Assembly (NCBI GenBank): GCA_001179505.1
Contig: CDMY01000831.1
Span: 189,004-253,003, forward strand
Reading direction: 5' to 3'
Origin: Vitrella brassicaformis CCMP3155
Lineage: Eukaryota; Protista; Chromerida
DNA length: 64,000 nucleotides
Shown here: positions 1-11,854 of the stretch, piece by piece
How positions within the stretch are numbered: the stretch's first letter is position 1
Layout: every line of letters starts with the position of its first letter
Made by a program: the position numbers and the translations under genes
The notes under the pieces: generated by a model
Seen by the model: only the letters and a program-made list of their open reading frames with translations
Told to the model about the DNA's origin: nothing
The model's database searches: none

Positions 1-59
1 CAGCTGCGCATGATGTCCCATAGCTGATCGCACACCCATTGTTAGTATTGCATGGCATG

Positions 60-830
60 CATCAATGATCAATTCACCGGATGGATGACCTATTGCGAAA
101 ACAAACTCGACATGACATCGAGTACCTGCACCTGGGATGCACACACACACACGCACACACACACATCAGTCAGGTTAGCTGCTTGGTTGGCTGGGACAAG
201 AACACGGAAGGTCGGCTTCAGTCTCTGCTGACTGTTTTTTGTCGGTGTTGGTGGCATTCTGGCCATTTTGCCTGCGTCGACGTGCAAACTTGTGACTGAC
301 TGACTGGTGGATGCGTCGACGTGAAGATTGATGGGCACAAGGCCATTCATTCCATGCAGCATGAGGGCCGTCACCCACCACAGAGCTCAGAGAGCCACAC
401 GTGAACGGACAAATAGATAAATGAGACCAACAAACAGAGCCACACGGCTGGTAGAAACAGCTGCGATATGGCATGAGATGAGATCTGCGACGAAACAAGA
501 CACTTCGGTAGGCCAATCATTGGCACATGATTGAGAGGAGGGGACAGAACAGCTACACACAGACAGGCACACTCAATCATGCCTCTAATCAATTAGGGGA
601 TAGACAGGCAGTGTACAGCGGAAGAAGTGCACAAGAATAGAGAGAGAGAGAGAGAGAGACGGATGGATAGATGGACGACCTATTTCAAAAACGAATTCGA
701 CATGACAACCGAACACCAGAAAGTCGATACCCCAGCCATGCACCCACCCCTCTGGCCATCCACCCATCAATTCACCAGATGGCTGACCTGGTGCGAACAC
801 CTGCGACCCATAAAGCCACGAACCCACCCA
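60..830 (+). pseudogene. Degenerate duplicated fragments of a lineage-specific multicopy gene 3' end
   Basis: Three related blocks (about 67-130, 660-720, 770-810) translate as QFTGWMTYC, RWTTYF and QFTRWLTWC. They resemble QFTSPTTRWTTLC at about 45625-45665. No intact ORF; the gene may extend left of the window. Confidence 0.3.
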
Positions 831-1131
831 CGTATCCCTCTCTGCCTACGTCTCGGCCATCCACGCCACACGCACAGACACACACACACCAGGCAGGACA
901 CACACACTACATCGCAGCAGTCGTACGTGGATATCAACACCTGGAAAGAGGGGAGATCCACGCGCACACATGGGCAGTATGCACATAGACAAACAGATGC
1001 TCAGCAGACAGGGCGACTCTTTCATGAGAGCAAATGCACAACCATGACCCATGCAGCCCCTCGTTGCCAACGACAAATTCTCGAGATGACATAAAATCGT
1101 GCACCTGTCTGTCCGCCACGCGCCTTCCACT

Positions 1132-4100
1132 CTAAATAGTGGGCCCCGACTGTCTGTAGTCGATGTCGCTTCTACAGATGGGGCACTGCGTGTTGCCCCG
1201 CCACGGCGCATACCTCTTGTGCCAGCAGGTGACATACAAACATCGGTGGCGGCAGGTGGACGGCGCCTTGCCGATGAGCACCACCGTCCGCTGCTCGGCC
1301 TGGCACACCGCACACAACTCGTCCTCCTCCCTGTCGTCGATGCGCCGCTGCAGCTGCCGATTCTCCTCTTGGTGCGCCCGAAGCATGAGCCCGTCGAGCT
1401 GCTGAATGCGGCCCATGACGCGGGCGAGGAAGGCCGTCGCCTCGGCCACCGTGTGGATGGACGAGAGGCAAGCCATTGAAGGCCTGCACAGAGAGACAGA
1501 CAGTGGACAGACAAACAGATAGACAGCCGATGTGTGTGTGTGTGTGATCGCACCTTTCCCGACTGTCCATCTTGATGGCATCGACACGCGACTGGAGCTT
1601 CCCCACGTCATGCGAGAGGCACCTCAGCCGACGATCCAGCTCACCGCTGCCCAGCTGCTGCTCGACCCTGAATGCCACACACAGACGGAGTCACACGCAT
1701 GGCGGTGTGGGAATCCCCGCTGTCTCTTTGCTCACTCTGAGATGCGCTGCGTGAGTTGCGCAAGCTGTTCGTCGAGCCCCAAACCACCAATGCCATCATC
1801 TACACCAGCACCAGACGAGCTGCCCCCCTCCGGCGGCCCACAGGGGCCACCCGCATCGGCCGAGGAAGACCCTGATGCCGCTGCTGCCCCCTCAGTGGCG
1901 GTGTCCTGCTCCCTCTCTCTGTGGCGCCACATGTGGCGCTTCCACTGCTGTCGATCCGCTGCTGAGCTGTTGGATCTTGGCGAGTGCGGCGTCGTAGATG
2001 GGCTGCAGGGCGGCCTTCTCGGCCTCGGCCTCAGCGGAAAACTGCCGGATGCAACGCCGCCCGCACGAACCACCTCATGCAACTCGTCAACAGACCTAAC
2101 ACACATAACACACACGACACGAGGTGCATCAAGGTCCCCGCCCTCTGTGTGTGTGCGGTTGGTCTCACTTTGGTGCGTTGCGCATGGCGACTTCCTTCTC
2201 GTGTATCAATTTGGCCTTTCGCTGCTCCAGCGAGGCGATGGCCGCCAACTTGCCGTCCAACTCGTGACGCAGCCTGCACACCCATCCCAAGACACACACG
2301 TGCTGACTGCAGTGAGAGTGCCGCCCATTCATCGCTTTTCCGGCTCACTCCTGCAGTCTATCGACAGCCTGCTGCTTCTGCTCTAAGGCCATGGCGCGTG
2401 CAGGATCGACGCTGTGGGCATCATCGGCAGCCGCGGCCGCTTCCCGCCTTTGCCGCTCCGTCGGGTCGTGGCTGTGATGTCCACCGCCCTGCCCCGAGCC
2501 CCACTCAGACCAAGCAGCCTCCATGCCCCTCACCCAGTCAGAGTCATCAGAAGGACTGCTGGGCGGTGACGACAAGGTCACGGCGGTGGTGCCGCTGCTC
2601 AACTCGCCCACACGAGAGCATCCATCAGCGGCAGCCGTTGCTGCGCCTCCGCTCTCCGTCGACAACGACGAGTGCTGCTTGAGGGGTGGGGTCACCAGAG
2701 GGGGGGCGGCGGGGCGAGGGGGGCGATGCTGCTGGCGATAAGCCATCCCACCAGTCACAGCAGGGCCACGTGTGCCGTCAGATGTGCCGCCGGCGGTGCT
2801 TGGCAGCGGCTGTGATGACACCGTCTCCCCAGATGGACTCGCAAACACAGAGGAGATCGCTTGTCCAGCCTGCTGTCGCGAGGGCGCATCAGCTGAGCCC
2901 GACCCGGCCCTTCTGCCCTTCTTCTTTCGGCGTCTCGCTGTCTGAGTCCACTGGCCGCCATCGTCTGCCATCGCCTCCTCCCGCTGCTGCTGATGATGGT
3001 CGACTGAGATGCCAAATCCACCGCCAGGCATGATGGTGTCGTTGCTGCTGCTGGGTGTGACAGGGGGAGCGGCACTCTCCTCCGTGGCTGCGTCAGATGC
3101 TGATGCTGCCGGGGTTGGTTGATCAGCTACCGTGTCTTTGGTATTCTTCCCCGGCCGCTGTCCTGCCCCATCAGCAGTCAATGCGTTGTCCTCTGGCTGA
3201 TGACGGTGCGGCCGGCACTTCTTGGCTGTCGTCTTGGCTTCTTCCTGAGCAATCAGCAAGGCCATGTTCTGGTCGGCCCGCCGCTCGTCCTGGAGCCACT
3301 GCCGATGCTGCCGCGATGGATGGATGACAAAGCACCAAAGTACTGACAGGCCGAGAGCAACAAGGATTCCAGCTCCAACCCACGGCGCCCACGGAGAGGA
3401 CAGCTGCAAGCAAAAGAGAAGGAGAGAAAAGAGAGGCAGTGAGGACGCCTTGACGGTGTCCTTGGATCCTGCGTACCATTTCTCCGGTTGTCGGCAGCCG
3501 ATGAAGGCCCGTCGCGTGGATGGGCAGCCTGGCAAGGAGCTCCTTGGCTGCTCCACTGATATTTTCATCCGAGCTCCCGGTGAGGCCCTCAAACGACTGC
3601 TGACATCCCGCCTGCAGTCACCAAAACAGATGATGTGCGCCACGCAAGTGACTCAGTGAGTGCACCCTGCACCCCACCGTGCTGGCGATGGTGTTCGCGA
3701 CTCGCTGGCCCAAGACGACGCTGTCCCTGACCAATCAATAGACTACCGACAAATGACAACAACACATGCACCAATGACGTTCGTTGCGTACCGGAGTATC
3801 TCTTCGAAGGCCAGGACCATGTTGAGCAATTTGCCGAGCGTTATCTTGTTTGACATTTCCGTGTCCGTCGTAAGCTTCCCATTGAGGGGCACGAAATGAG
3901 TCCCATTGAGGGGCACGAAATGGGGACTCGAGAAGGACTCACATGCCCTCTCGACACACCCGTTGTCGATGGCATACCTTCGCTGCACAAACAAAATGCA
4001 CACAGAAACAGGTGTCTGATTTGTCTGATTCCCTCCTTCAGCACACCTGCAATCCATCTCCTTTGTGAAGCAGCAGCGAACACGTGAAAAAGATCAAGTC

Positions 4101-5213
4101 TGAGCTGTCCTCGGCTTCCCGACGGCGGGTTACAGCGCTGAGGGCGTTCGGCAGCAGACCAGCATCGACTATGCTCACAAGAGTGAGACGAGATCCTCTG
4201 CTCCGCGACACGGGGCCTGATGGAAATGTAAACACAAACAGGAGTAAGTCGACGGAATTGTCCTCGCTATCCACTCTCACCTGCACATATGGTTGCCATC
4301 ACCAACATGCTCAGCAACTCCGCGGCCTTGGCCCAAATCACGTCGTCCCATGACAAGAGAAAGAGTGACAGCTTTTCCACCACCCCATGCTCGATAAGCG
4401 CATCAGCAATGCCCGGCAGCATCACAATACACTCACCTGGTCCAGTCTGTCCGATGCTCGACCACATCATTGGGATGGTGCCGAGCATCGATATTGCGGC
4501 CCTCGTGACAGACGGATGGGTGTTGCCCAGCAGCTGCAGCAGGGGCACAATGGCTGCACTGGTCACTACGTCATCCACCCACGGCAGGTGGCCGAGGACG
4601 GCCGTCAAGGGACCCACAATGTCCTCCATGTCACTGCCTGGCAGCTCCAAAGTGCGGCTGAGGGTCTCGTTAAGCGACGAAAGAGCACCACATCTGAACA
4701 GATAGACAGACAGACAGACAGCCACACAGGTGGGTCTGTTCATCTGGCCGTTCGGCCCCGCACTCACCGGGCGAGGGCATCAGCAGCCTCAGTGCCGCTC
4801 TCTGCTATCCGCTGCAAGAGAGTCAAAGCCTCGACTTGCACTGAATGGTGGTCACAGTCGGCGGCGACGGCAAGGACGGCCGTCCCATACCGAACAGCAA
4901 CTTTTGCAGCGACATCACCCGGCTGTGTGCTGTCTGCAATGTCCTCTCTGATGGCCCGCAAGACGCTGATCTGCAGGGCAGTGTCGTTGCTCTCCAGCTG
5001 CAATGCCAGGGGACTGGGCGCTGCCTCTTCCACGCCTATGTCGTCATCAAGGACACCCACAGCCTTCTCAAAATCACCACTTTCGTCAGCAAATGAGGGG
5101 TCCACATCGTCCCTGTTGTCAAAGTCACCCAGAGGCTCCTCAAACTCACCGTTGTGACTCCTGATGGCTGGCGGCAGGCAAGCGAGCGTGACGACGAGCA
5201 CAGCCGCCAACAT
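1132..5213 (-). CDS. Family copy A: signal peptide - ARM/HEAT-like ectodomain - TM - disordered tail - coiled coil - C3HC4 RING (multi-exon, possibly degenerating)
   Basis: N-terminus MLAAVLVVTLACLPPAIRS; helical-repeat exons (LPGIADALIEHGVVEKLSLFLLS, YAIDNGCVERAC); TM exon WAPWVGAGILVALGLSVLWCFVI; RING CAVC..CRH..(Y)VTC..CPIC ending SGPTI* at 1132; GT-AG introns between the ORF-track segments. Confidence 0.75.
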
Positions 5214-5446
5214 CAGGCGGGCAGGACTTCCGTTTTTATTTCTGATGACGTTTGTCGCTTTATTTCATCACCGTGACGTCCCCGCACGCGAGCGAACGTG
5301 CCGGTATCAATCGCAGCTCCCGTCCTCCGATGTCAAACAACGACATGTTTATAAACGGAGGGATGGATGGATGGATGGCCGGAGTGCGATTCATCTACAG
5401 TGAGGAAGTCACAGAGAGGACAGCATTGCCCTCAGAAGGACCGTGC
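5214..5446. repeat. Segmental duplication (inverted) shared with 30218-30450: upstream region of copies A and D
   Basis: The reverse complement of ggccggagtgcgattcatctacagtgaggaagt...ccctcagaaggaccgtgc matches gcacggtccttctgagggcaatg...cactgtagatgaatcgcactccggcc at 30218-30290. Similarity continues into the signal-peptide coding sequence. Confidence 0.85.
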
Positions 5447-7011
5447 GATGCGAACGAACTGCTCAAAAAACACAAAAATCTGAACACACACGCACACACA
5501 CGCAACGACGTCACTGCCTGGGTGGCCGTGATGCGGCTGCTTCGTCCTCCTCACCGCCACGTTGAATGTGCCCAGCCGTGCAAAGTTGACCCAGAAGCCC
5601 CGATAGAACGCCATGGGGCCCTCACCAAGAGTCTTGACCACACAGTCAATCGGACCTGCTTGTTACGCGGAGATAGAAAACAATCGACGCTGCCTCGTTC
5701 GATCGCCTGCGATGGATGGGGGCTCGCCTACCCTTGTAGTCGCCCGGTTTGGCGTTCATGATTCGTGTCTTGAGCACATCCACGGGCGACCCCACAATCG
5801 TCGTCACAAAACCAGCACCCTGCCAAGAAGCCAAGCAGAGAGGGAATGGGACAACACACAACACATTGATGGACTCCGTCCACACGTGGTGTTGTTTGCA
5901 CGGCGCGGCGGTTGGCTGACCAGAGCAGCGGTGAAGTGCAGGGGGAGGCCATCCTGTCATGTCAGTGGAGGAGCACCACGGAAGGTGAGGACACAGATCG
6001 GCCAATGTGTTCTTTGTGTGCCCTGTCTGACCTTCATGAGCTTCCTCTTGAGCAGCTCGATTTTGATGGTGTCGTACGCAGCCAGCTCAGACGAACATAT
6101 GATGGAGTTGCGGACGATGTTTGGACCCTGTGGACGAGATATGCACACAACACACACAATCCATTTTCTCGCCCGATAAGGATCGGTGCATCCGTGCCTA
6201 CCACTCCCGTCCATAGCTTGAAGAAGCCCTCATCGACCACTATCCGCCGATACGCATCGATGCTGCCCGTGTACCTGAACACGTCAACACACACTCTCAC
6301 TCGAGCATCATCCAGCCATCACCAGTCGCCTCTCATTGTCACCTCGGTGGTGCGCCAGGCGGCCTCCGTGCGTCAGCCTGCAGCCTTATCTTGACGAGGT
6401 CAGTGGGGTTGGCCACCAGCATACCGATGGCGCCACTCGTCAGGCCGGCAAGGATGCGCTGCATCAGAGTGGGCGGACCTGACTGGCCGCCGCAATACAG
6501 ATCACGGATCTGACAAGGGAGCAGAGAAACATACGAGTGACCTCACAGAGAGATGGCTGGCTGTGCGCTGCTCTCTTACAGGGGCGTACAAGCTCATTCT
6601 CAAAGTGGCAAAAACCAGCTGCCGCTGCACACCCGCACTCAGACCCTTCCACGGCGCGAACACACCCTCACGCTTGACGAGACTCTGGAGCGTCGGGAAG
6701 ACGCCCACACTCTCGCCCTTGGTAATCTGCACCACACCACACAAACCACACGAGGGCAAAACTGCTGCAGTGCAGTGATGTCACTGCAGTCATCGCGTGG
6801 CTGAAAGGTGACCTGCATGGCGACTTTGATGGTGTCCATCGGCAGCGTCACCAACTCTGAATCAACAGCACAGCACAGCACACATGCACACATACGCACG
6901 CACAGATCAGCCGAACAGCAGACGCACTTCATCCCTCTCGCACTCACCGGCAGACGCGCCAGCGGCACCGGAGCACATAGCTGACTTCATGAAACTGATG
7001 TCCGAATTCAT
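5432..7011 (-). CDS. UCP: Mitochondrial carrier, uncoupling-protein (UCP)-like
   Basis: Three PX[DE]XX[KR] signatures (LPMDTIK, NPTDLVK, SPVDVLKTR); GLSAGVQRQLVFATLRMSLY, YTGSIDAYRRIVVDEGFFKLWTG, GPNIVRNSIICSSELAAYDTIK, FYRGFWVNFARLGTFNV; last exon IFVFFEQFVRIARSF*; start MNSDISFMK at 7011. Confidence 0.85.
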
Positions 7012-7443
7012 GGCGACAAGCGGCACGCCACTGCACTGCTGGGTCACCTTGCACAGATGCGACCCTCACCAACAGCCGAAATGAGCCAACACAGCAACCA
7101 CACCCCGACGAAGAGATCTGCTGAGCAAGATCAACTCAAAACCGACGTGATCTGCCCCTCCGCCCTCAGCGCAGCCCGTACCCTCCCTCCAACCGAAGGG
7201 AGCGGAGCGCAACTATGCTAGGGTGCTTCCTGTGAAACCGCTGTCCCCGGCGATCGAATTGGCTTCTCGCGCATTCCGTTCGCAGAGATCCCCCGCACTC
7301 ATCTACCCTTGTAGCCTTCGCTGCGTTTCCATCGCGTTTTGGCGCCTTCCGCCGCCACTGAAGGAATCGGTCCTCAGGCAGCGGCGTGTTGGCACCTGGA
7401 GCGTCCTGCTTTGTCCATCGTGAGTGGATCAGGAAGCCAACCG

Positions 7444-8386
7444 ATGAGTGAAGAAGCAGTCACGCACAAGAAGAAGGCCAAACCACAACGGCTGACGGAC
7501 TCTGCTGAACCACCGACCAAGAAGCAGAAGAGGACGCCGCCTCCCGAAGCTCATGACAACGAGCCAGCACCAGCCAAGCGGAAGAAGCTTTCACTGGCGG
7601 CGAGAGATGGCCATGCACCAGCTGGGAGGGCAGCACCGGTCGGGGTGCCTTTAAGGAAGAGGCGTAGAGCTGCTGGCGCTGATGGTGGAGGTGGTGATCT
7701 CCCCCGCCCTCGTCCGCGTGTGGGTGTGTGGGGCGTCGACGAGATCGAGGACCGCATGGCCGCCATTCGCAAGCAGCTGGAGAAGGCAGAGGACATGACC
7801 AAGAGCAAGCGAACGAGGCTCTACCACAGGTGCACCGATCAATCACACCAACAGCTGAACCCACACACATGCTGTGTGCGTCGGTCAGGCTGGGCAAACT
7901 GAAGACAGCCAAAGGGGGGCATGGTGTTGTCGGCGGCGATGTGGCCTCGCCTGACCCCGAGAAGAGGGCAGCGAAGCTCCTATTCCGGAAGACGAAGCGG
8001 CTGGAGAGAAGGAAGACTCTCGAGGTCAGCAAAGGGGCGGGTGGGGCGAAGGGGAGGGGGAGGGCGGTGGGCAAGGCGGACAACAGTAGGGGAGCCATCG
8101 GCAAAAGCGGCGAGAAGGTCTGCTTCAGATGTAAGTGTCGTGTATCCATCCAGCGGGCGTGTATCCCACCTTGTATGTATGCGCATGTGTTTGTGTGTCT
8201 TCAGGTCGGCAGAGCGGCCATCGGCTGCAGGACTGCCCTCTGTTAAAGGCTGGCGAGGCCTCGACTGACGCTAAGAAGGCCACCCCATCGTCATGGTCAT
8301 CTGGTGGGTCATTAAAGGGATCGATGTGCTTCAACTGCGGGGCGACAGACCACACACTCAAGGCGTGCACAGAACCAAGACCCACG

Positions 8387-8417
<31 letters not shown>

Positions 8418-8763
8418 GGGTGCATCTGCCTGTCTTGGTACGAACACCATGCCGGTTGGTGTGTGTTTCTCCACTCAGGATGGTTCCCTGCCGTATGCCG
8501 AGTGCTTCATCTGCGGCAGCAAAGGACACCTCGCGTCGTCTTGCTCGCAGAACCTCATGGGTAGGTAGGAGGGCGGGCGGGGGACGACACACACACACAC
8601 ACACACACGCACACCCGTGGCTGCCCGTGTGTGCCATTCAGGCGTCTACCCGAGGGGCGGCGGGTGCCATCTGTGCGGCTCCATCTATCACCTGCAGAAG
8701 GACTGTCCGCAGAAGGCAGCCACAGCGGGCAACAGACGGAGGGCGGCAAAGGGCGGTTTCTAG
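7444..8763 (+). CDS. ZCCHC9: Four-CCHC zinc-knuckle protein, ZCCHC9-like
   Basis: Basic K/R-rich N-terminus, then spliced knuckles CFRC|RQSGHRLQDC, CFNCGATDHTLKAC, CFICGSKGHLASSC and G|VYPRGGGCHLCGSIYHLQKDCP; stop TAG at 8761-8763. Confidence 0.8.
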
Positions 8764-9493
8764 TGCCCAAGCGGGAGTGGGTGATGGATCGGGTCCATCG
8801 TGGATGTGACGGTGACGTGACGGGTGTGGGAGGACCACGTGTGTATAGCCGCAGCCAATCGATTCATTCATCGTATGTATGAATGGACGGATGGATGGGA
8901 CACGTACACAGACATGGTGCTGGTCCACTCACTCGCTCACGGCACGGATAGATGGATGGATGGATGGTCTCACACACTCACTCATTGGCGCACATGTCAG
9001 CCGACCACACGGGGAAAAATAGCCAGCCAAGGCATTCATTCATCCACGTATCACTCCGTCATACAGACAGGCCAAAATCTGTCGTTTGTCTGTTTAAACT
9101 GACCCTGATCCTCCTGTGTGCTGTCTTCTCTCTCTGTGGTGTTGCTGTTGCTGGCTCGTTCGCTGATCTGATCGATTCCTTCCTATTCTCTGTCTGCCTT
9201 GCTCTTATGCCCTTACTATGCCGTTGCTCTCGTTGTACCTCTCTGTGTGTTGTGTCTATGTTGTGGTTGACGACTTGTTGCCTATCTAGCCGACCGATAG
9301 ATAGAAATGCCGAAAAAGATGAGCGCATGCAGTGCAGCCAGACGAATGAACGACAAGACACGGCACGGCACAGCACGGCACAACATCACACTAGACATGG
9401 CAGCCAGACTAGCAGCCACCCAGAAACAAGCGACTGACCGAGACGGACCAGTCAGTCAGGTTCTCACCACGAATTCACTCATTGTGAGTGAAT

Positions 9494-10160
9494 TCACTGC
9501 TGCACCACCTCCCCTCCCTCTCCGCCCTGGTCGTCCTCGCGGGCTGGCTCGTCGAGCTGGAGGGGCACGTCAATCTCGCCCTCCTCGCCGCTCTGGAACT
9601 TGTACTGGGGAAGGGGAGGCAACACACAACACACGGGTGCCAGAGGGGTGGAGACACGACAGCTGTGTGGTCGGCCCACCTTGATGATTGACTTGCGCGC
9701 AGTGGGGAGCGGCTGGTAATCCACGTGGACCGTGCGGCCCTCAGCCAGCTCCTACACCATGACCCCACACGAGGCAGTCACCACTGTCACGCATGTCGGC
9801 AGAGGCAGGTGTGCCACTTACCTTCTTGATCTTCTCAACCATGTCGTGGGCCTCTTCGGAATCGAAAATGTCAACCTGCACACACGGAACACCAGAGACA
9901 CGGACCATCCAGGTGGGAGGGGGAAGCCGGCTGACTGACTGACTGACCTCCTCGAGTTCGGCGATGGCCTTGATGTCGGATATCCAGCGGGAGTCTTTGA
10001 CGGACTTCTTGCGGCCCTGCACCACACCCCCACTGTTGTTGGCCGTCGTTGGCTCCGTCACCAGGGCGGGCTGCACCTTCTCCGCTTTGCCAATCTGAAT
10101 TTCACCCTCCTTGGCCACCGGGGGGCAGCAGCAGTTGAAGGACGAGCACTTGTTTCCCAT
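9494..10160 (-). CDS. Small protein with predicted N-myristoylation plus palmitoylation, acidic C-terminus, function unknown
   Basis: Starts MGNKCSSFNCCCPP. Four exons joined by GT-AG introns (..AIAELEE|VDIFDSEEAHDMVEKIKK|ELAEGRTVHVDYQPLPTARKSIIK|YKFQSGEEGEIDVP..VVQQ*). Confidence 0.65.
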
Positions 10161-10687
10161 GGCTGATACGCCTGTCGATGGATGTCACGAGAAAGCAGTG
10201 AGAAAGCTGGTCTCGGGCTTTCGGTGGGGGAACGCCGGAGGGGGCTGAAGTTGGGCTTTCGAATCAGAAATGCCTCGACGACAGAAAGACTTCACCGTGG
10301 GGTGATCAAAGACGCTGAGAATGACTCGACAGAAGCACTTTGAAGCTTTTGTAGACTCGGTTGCGAGCTATTGGGGGCCGGGTGGGGGCTCAGTCTCCCC
10401 TGTATGAACGTGTTGTCGTCCGTCCTGCTTGTCGGCTTCGCGGCCAGTGCTGGCGTTGTGGCTGCTGATCCACACCATCATTGAGTTGATCAACAGGATG
10501 AAGACAACCAACGAGACAGAGGATCCGAACAAGAAGAAGAAGAAGGAAACGATAACCACAACGGCAACAACAGCAGCAACAGCAACAAGAACACCGCCCA
10601 CGACGTTGTGCGGGCTGCAGCCACGATTAATCTCACATGTGGATGCAGCCCTGGATGGTTTGACTCACTGCAAGGCTAGCCCTGTGT

Positions 10688-10791
10688 CTGCAGGGCTGGC
10701 CCTGTGGCTTACTGTGGCTGCAGGGCTGGCCTCCTGACTGCAGGGCTGGCCTTGCACTCACAGGACTGGACATCCACCTGCAGGGCTGGCC
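10688..10791. repeat. Four exact copies of CTGCAGGGCTGGCC with unequal spacers
   Basis: Copies at 10688, 10718, 10738 and 10778; a degenerate copy ctgcaaggctagcc lies at about 10668. Confidence 0.85.
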
Positions 10792-10854
10792 CCACGGGCA
10801 GACATGCCAGCCTTCCGGCCGCAGGGCCAGCTTTGGCGCACAAGTCGCTTGTAT

Positions 10855-10960
10855 TGTCGTCCCCTCCCGCCCCCTCGGCTGTGCAGCGCGACGTCATGCG
10901 TGATTTAAAGGAGCAGATCACCTCGGTCGGCCCGGCCCCTGACGGCAAGACATCCACCGG
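10855..10960 (+). pseudogene. Captured fragment of the coiled-coil gene at 37094-39231
   Basis: gtcgtcccctcccgccccctcggctgtgcagcgcgacgtc..gatttaaaggagcagatcacctcggtcggc..gacggcaagacatcca closely matches about 37705-37820 (SSPPAPSSVQRD..DLKEQVTSVG..DGKAS). Confidence 0.7.
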
Positions 10961-11854
10961 TGGTGGGCAATGGGATGAGGCCGTGCACAAAGACGTTCCA
11001 TCCAAGAAGCCAGCAGGACGTCGTCTCCTGTTGCGTCCCTACATATAGCACATGACACAATTTGCTGTCCTTGCTTGTATGTACCACGTGTGTGTGTTTC
11101 AGGTCTGAGGAGGCGCAGCTGATGGATGTGAGTGCATCAATATCCATCCAAACTACCTCAAGGAGGTAAATCCGGCTGCAGCGCAGGGCAGGACCCGGCT
11201 GCACCGCAGGCAGGGCAAGAAGCGTCGGAGCCGGAGCATGCGGGGGATCGATGTACGGCCGTGATGTGTGTAGCCCGGCCCTCTTTCTCTGATTCTGTAC
11301 GATACGTTTTTTCTATTAAGGAGGACTCCTTTGTAGGTCTGTGGACGATAGAGAGGCTTTTACGTGCTCTGCGTGCATGCAGCGCTGATGCGCTCTTTTC
11401 TTGTACACGTGTGTGTGAGTGTAGTGTATGTGCATCTGTGTTCATGTGTATGTGTGTCTCCATCGATTTTCGTGTCTCTGCGCGTGTGTGGACCCGATAC
11501 GGAACCACATGTACTCCAGCCATCTCCCTCAATGCGTGTGTGCTCTGTGTGTGGCGCCTGATGCGCGTGTGTTCGTGCGTGTGTGTGTGTGTGTGTGTCG
11601 CTTTGAAGCGTGCATGAAGAGCAGCCTTTTGCCGATGATGCGAGTGTGATAGTGCATTCGATGAAGACGGATGGGATGGATTGAGGAGGTGAGTTTCGTG
11701 CGTGTGTGTGTGTATGTGTGAAGGATGCGATCTTACATACTGATATGGGACACTCACGGAGGGACGCGAGACAATTGACATCATGTCTCACGGGAACGAG
11801 CAAGGGCCTACGCTTTGATCTTTGGTCAAGCATATTAACGGACGTGAAAAGCGG

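Noticed and set aside
1532-2386. Long opposite-strand ORFs (also 4387-5157 +, 44573-45718 -, 47988-48860 +, 53706-54455 +)
   Set aside because: They are antisense shadows of GC-rich coding exons, with no domain signal and reading through intronic microsatellites.
7444-8763. Retrotransposon gag (CCHC knuckles)
   Set aside because: Introns interrupt the knuckles, no protease/RT/integrase or LTRs are nearby, and the layout fits ZCCHC9.
10420-10660. In-frame TGA within a coding-like Asn/Glu-rich stretch as selenocysteine or readthrough
   Set aside because: No redox motif, SECIS evidence or clear start; decay of a gene fragment is the simpler explanation.
10688-10791. CRISPR-like repeat-spacer array
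   Set aside because: The repeat is only 14 bp, spacers are 6-26 nt and irregular, there are no cas genes, and the context is eukaryotic.
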